From NCBI GenBank assembly GCA_044892525.1, contig CM097885.1, forward strand, positions 18,974,001 through 19,038,000: 64,000 nt of DNA, given 5' to 3'. Source of the DNA: Schmidtea polychroa (Eukaryota). The translations under genes and the position numbers were made by a program. Under the pieces are notes generated by a model. That model saw only the letters and a program-made list of their open reading frames with translations. It did no database searches and was not told where the DNA came from. Positions 57,281 to 64,000 of the stretch are shown here, piece by piece (within the stretch, counting starts at the first letter, position 1; each line of letters begins with the position of its first letter).

Positions 57281-60200
57281 AGTATTGTCAAATTGTTGAT
57301 TAAATTTTTAAAAGGAAATACTTTCAAAAAAATAATACAGATAAAATTGTTTAACATATAGTAAGAAATTTTTCTCATCAAACAAAAATATTTATCTTTT
57401 CTAAAATTTTAAATGGTTTGTATTGAATTTAAAAACCGATTTAAATGTTCGGTTTCAAATTGAATTCCATTGAGATTTATCCCAAATATATTTGGTAAAT
57501 ATTGTCAGAGTTCACGTTTTTCTACTTACATTTAATTAAATTTGATAATTGTGAGTTTTTGAATTTGTTTATTTGAATCGATATTAGTAGAAATAGTAAT
57601 ATGAATATAATTAAAATAATAATAAATTCAGAATTCTTTTGTTAAAAATAAACTGTGATTTGTAAATATAATAAAATAATTTATTTAAAAATTTAATTAA
57701 AAATAAATTCATTTCATGTATAAATGTTTTAGAACAGCTTATAAAAATGTTTTTTGACATAAAAAAAAACAGTCAGCTTTGTATATTTTCTATTGTATGG
57801 TGAAGTGAGATATTTTATTTTTAGATAAAGTTTAAAATTAGAAAATGCAGTGTAACGTTTTTATTTCACTAATTGTCATATTAATGTTTGTAATCAAAAC
57901 AATATATAAGGTACATAATATTTTGGCAGTCATTTTTCAAGTGTGTGATCATATTTTTGATAAATGATGTGTCCAGAACTATTGTGATTTTCTTACAATC
58001 ATTAATATGAAAATTATTTAATTAAAAATAGGTCAAAGATGAAACCAAAAGATAAATATAATAATGCTCCTATGTTTATTTCTCATATTCCATAAAAATG
58101 CCTGTCTTTTGCTTGAAAAATGATCTAATGAAGATATAATTCCATTTGTCACAATTCATCTCTGCAAAGTTGGCTTTTGCACACGTTTGAATGTATAATA
58201 AGATATGCGCAAGGCTTTGTCAAAAACAAGCCCACAATTCAATTTTTTGAAGAAGACAAAATAGCAACAGCCTTCACATTAATAAATTGTTGATGATTTT
58301 AAAATATAAATATTACAATTAAATATTTTGTAATAATTGAGGGTTTTCATAAATCCTGAGAACCCAATACTTACAACAATTTAATCTGGGTGATATATTT
58401 CCGCAAATCCTGAGAATTCATCTAAATTGAATATACATCACAAATCCGGATCTTTACAATAACTCGCCGACATTTTCTGGACTTTTCATCTTGTAGACGA
58501 TTTTGAGTAAATAAAGAATTTTAAAGGGTAAATTGAAAATAATGTAACCTTTCAAGGTTTATCATCCAAGTCTTTTCTATTATTAATATCTTCAAGAGGT
58601 TAAAGACATCCATACTAATTGAAACCTTACCAGCTCAAGGATATAATGTAATAGATTTATAATAAAAGTTATCTTAAACAATAATTTACCGGAATAATTA
58701 AAACAAACCAATATTATTAATGAATAATAATTAATTTCATTTTCTACAGACGTCTTAATTTACTTCGCCTGATAATTAAATACATTTTGTCTTATTCATA
58801 GCTGCGTTTTGCAAACTCTCATTTATCTGGGAAACATGAGAATAATATAAATTACAGAGAATGAAAAGAGTCTATAAAAACTCACAACGTGAGTTTACAC
58901 GTGTCATATTTTAGTTAATGAAGTAAAACCTCTTCAAAGGTTTATAGAAAATAATTTTCAACATTATAAACGGTGACTGCATCAATTAACAGTGAACAAA
59001 AGGACAAATAAGTGTCTATTGATGTCCTCACAATTTATTCTTTTTTTTTATCATGAAATATAAATAACATTGCTAAATACGTATTTGATTCATATAAAAA
59101 AGTCAAAATATTTATTTTCTTTACATTTTATAAATAGACAAATTGTATGTGAATTAAAAAAAATGAAAATGAAAAAGGAGCTCAAAATATTAAAATTGTA
59201 TTTAACTGAAAAGTATTAATATGCAATTGAATAAATATGATGATGCTCAAAATGAGATTTTGTTTTAATTCGATTTTTATTTTATTTTTAAAACTCAATT
59301 TTAAGTTTTCTTTAGAGAGAAAAATATTGAATAACTGATAAAACAAATTCTGCAAGTTAATACAAATTAAAGTTTAATAACATTATTATAATATTATTTT
59401 TATTTTTATTGTATATAAATCATTACATACACAAACAATCAATCATACACACAAGCCAACTGCCGTGAGACAGATTTTTACTGGTGACTCAACCGAGGTC
59501 AACAAATTCTTTAACAAATATAAAAAAAGTATTTATACTAACTGCGTGTACAAATTATGAGTTATACATTGGCAAAGAAACATTTAAATGTACAAAACTT
59601 GATTTTATAACCTATTTGTTTCAAAATAATAATTTTGAAACGATTATAAATTAAAAATTAAATTTTAAATCAAGAAATAAAATTTGTTATTGTAGTTGGT
59701 TTTCAGGATGATCATAAATTTCAAGGGGTCCCAAAGATTTATTATTGTTTAAAAATCATTATAATTGAAGAAAAAGTATTTTAAAAAATAATGTATTGGA
59801 AAAGTGCAAATTTTAAATATAAGAAATTAGACATTATGAAGAAATTATTTATAAAACTTTTAAAGACATCACGAAATATTACCTCAATTTTATTAAAAAA
59901 ATCATGCTTTTGTAAAATTATGGTGAATGTATTTTGATTAAAAAAATATATTATTTTATGAAAATAATGCAAAACGATGCAGAATATAATGAATCTATAT
60001 TCAGACCTTCAGGGTATCCTCGATCATTAAATTTAAACAAAATTAATTTGATTAACAATCAAAAGCGATTTAATTTTGTAGAAATGTATACAAAATCTGA
60101 TCAAATAATTTGTTCATTCTCTTTAAAAAATCGAGAATTACATATTTTATAAAATAAATAATTCTCACTTTAATTTTTTAATTTTTAACAATTACTAAAA

Positions 60201-62597
60201 ATTAACAAATAAATTGTATTTTTTATTTCAATTTCAAAATCACCAGACATTAAAAAAATATTATTTTTTGTTGATTTTAATTTTACATATATATTTTTTA
60301 AATATATAGTCGACTGACATTATTCTAACAAAGAGAGCACAAAACGGGGAATTTAAACAACCTTTTGAAAGTTGAGTCTGACAAATGCTCAAAAAATACT
60401 GATATTGATAACTGAAATGATTACAATATTTGCGTATATTTTATTATATTAAATATAATTTTTTATACGTTGTGAACAATATGTATATTTGTAAATGATG
60501 TTTGTATATTTGTATGCGTAAGAAATCTGTAGTGCCCAGCAGCATCATTTCTAAAACTTGTGTCGGGACTGTTGGGGTGCTTGTGTGTAAATTAATAAAT
60601 AATAGATAATGACAAAAATTAATAGTAACAATTTTTATTAACCTGAAAAAAAACTAAGTATTTTTTTGATTTGATTTAAAAATTGTCCGATTCTGAAGCG
60701 GATTTAATTTTTGTAAGATTTTTAGTCTTCTTCCAATGTCTCCTTTTTCGTTTTTCTATGCGGACATTAAGTAAATATATAGTCCAGTAGATGTTTTTAT
60801 TTAAAGCTTTGTAAATTAACTTTTCCAATTGTTATTTTTAATTTTCTATATTGATAATTTACTATATAATTTTTAAAATTTTTTTTAATATAATAATAAC
60901 CATTACACCAGTGGAAGTATTTTTCGAATAAAGAAATAGAAAGAAATAAACTTAATTTTCGATGCTTTTTAATTATGAAAAAAGGAAAATGTAGCACAAA
61001 TTTAAAGTAATATTTATTCTAAAATAATTGTTTGCCTTAATTTTAACAATCATTGTCCGAAAAACGAAGAACTTTGGATAAAACAATTCAATATTGATAA
61101 TGATCAAATGCAAATATTTCTAATGAAAACCCAACATCATCAAATGTATGAGATTGATCAGGAAATGAAAATATCAAACAATATTATATTTCGGATAAAA
61201 AAATTCAAAAACAATATACTACTGTCAAATGATACTTGTAACAGGACATTAATAAATGGAAATTATAAAAGCTTATGAAAGATTTAAACCATTAGCTGGT
61301 AATACTTAACCCTAAACATTTCAATCACACAAATATAGATGAAGCACTCTTAATAATTTTTAAAAAGTAAAAAAATATTTTTATTATATATTTATAAATA
61401 AAAATTGGTCTTTTAACTTAACATTTGATAAAAGCTGTACTTTGTGTATATTTTAAATTGAATTTGTAAACAAAACATAATTTGGTCACTCATTTCTCAA
61501 CTAAAAATATTATTAACATAAATATCACGTTCATAACTGGGAGTGATTATCTCTTTCATATCGAAGGAAAAGAGGAAAGTAAAAGTAAAAATAAAATCTT
61601 ATTTTCAAAAAATAAAGATATATTTTTAAGCACTCATTTAAACAACATATTTTTCTAGTTTTTCAAACTCTAAATTCTTTTGAGAAAATATTTTGCTATC
61701 GAGTTCAGGATTATATTTTAACTTTAAATATTAAAATAAATATCTTCAAAAAACAATACTGATAAAGCATTGTCTTCACAAAAATAGACAAAGTCTTGAT
61801 CATTTAAGTGAACAGAAATCAAGTAATATTGTTTTCACTCCTACAAATGTAAATTTTCATTATATGCTTAATATTTTGAATATTTTATATTTATGAAAAG
61901 TTTTCTTCAAAGAAAGTTTCTTGGTTCTCACTTTGTTTAAATGATGTGATTATCAATGAAAAGATTTATAAACCTATATTTTTTTTTAATTATTTAAGAG
62001 TTGGTCCGAATAAATTGTTTAAAACCACTGAATTTAAGCAATGAAATGACATTAAAAGTTTAATTATTTAATTATTTAATTTCTTTGTTTGATCTTTCTA
62101 TTATAAGTTATTATTGATAAAAAAATAATTTTTAATAAAATATTTAATTAAATAAAATGATTACAATCTTTAATTGTTTTTATTAGACTTAAATATTTAA
62201 AAGTTCTATTTTAAATTAAATAAAATGTTACAAATCTATTTTATATTCAGTGTTATATTCACAAAACAAAATATAAATTAATTACTGAAAATTTTCAAAC
62301 TAAAAATGCCGATTTCAAATTGAAATGATTAAGAAAATAAAAATGGGATAAATTAAAATTTATTTGATTCCATTATAATTAAAAAAGTAAGCATAAACAA
62401 TTTTGTTGGAACATTTTAATCAAATTTCATTTTTATTTTCAAATTTTGATTTTGCTAGAAACTCGATATAAGACAAAAATAGTAAAATATTGTTACAATT
62501 AGTTAATTACCATTTAAATTAAAGCAAACTAATAATGTTCTTAATCATAATTATATTATCGGATAAGATTTATAAACATTAATCATAATGAGAAAAA

Positions 62598-63163
<566 letters not shown>

Positions 63164-63771
63164 TATCAACAGAAAATGATAGTTTCTTAGTAACTAAATA
63201 AATTAAATGCTAATCAAGTAATGGAAAATTGGCAGACATTAAAAGAAACATGCTATAAAAGTTACAACTGGATCCTACTGAAAAATCTTCCGAATATATA
63301 GATATCTTCACCAATATCAGCCAAATTAAGCAAAATACATTAAAAACAATCAAAAATATCAGATTTAAAAAGGCAATTCTTATTATAGATAAACATCCAA
63401 CAATTAAAACTAAAACAGAAGCTGGTAAAATCAATAATCTGATTTTTTGTTGATTTTATAGGAATATTTTAATTTTATCACGTTAAGTTTAAATTAGTTT
63501 ACCGCCATCGAATAACATTGCAAACTTTTACTGTGTTAATTTCAACTTTGAAGTTAACATTTACTATATTCATATAAAAAGAATGGAAATATTTCAAGTT
63601 CCAAGTTCAATAAAAAATAATTCTTGTCATTATATGTTGATTAAATTATAATTTCAACACACTGCAAATATCAACAATAAAGTGAAAGTTTTATTAACAA
63701 TTCTTTAAATCAATAATTATATTATTTAAACAAAGTTGATTTTAATTTTTGGCATTCATTAGTAAAATTAA

Positions 63772-63772
63772 T

Positions 63773-63849
<77 letters not shown>
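63772..63849. repeat. (AC)n(AT)n microsatellite
   Basis: Direct. Confidence 0.95.
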
Positions 63850-63850
<1 letters not shown>

Positions 63851-64000
63851 CCTAGAAATAATGTGCATATTGGAGAAAATTCAATGATATATTATATTTG
63901 TTTCTTTATTTTGAATACCATAATTCAACTTTCGATATTCGCCATTCAATCATCGCCGTTGGAATACAAAAATTTTGTTTGACAGTGACAGAGAGATGCT

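Overview
Very AT-rich eukaryotic DNA with many (AAT)n microsatellites, candidate short (~50-70 nt) introns and dense transposon debris; it resembles a planarian-type (triclad flatworm) genome, though that is inference. I found no intact protein-coding gene. Recognisable remnants: hAT transposons (several lineages), mariner, pogo with a nested Merlin, Chapaev3, piggyBac-type MITEs, three related Helitron copies, Polinton/Maverick-type protein-primed PolB fragments, LTRs, and an intronless CstF-77 (CSTF3/su(f)) pseudogene. A decayed multi-exon locus appears to lie on the minus strand at ~36-59 kb. The most interesting signal is a ~370-bp non-coding repeat at 28.9-29.3 kb and 53.5-54.1 kb. It carries a type I hammerhead ribozyme with a minimal palindromic stem III, preceded by ATACTTACCTGG (the U1 snRNA 5' end) and a GAAA-capped hairpin. 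At 53.5-54.1 kb it is arranged as a partial head-to-tail tandem plus an inverted copy, like a Penelope-mobilised non-LTR retrozyme. All calls come from manual reading; no searches were run.
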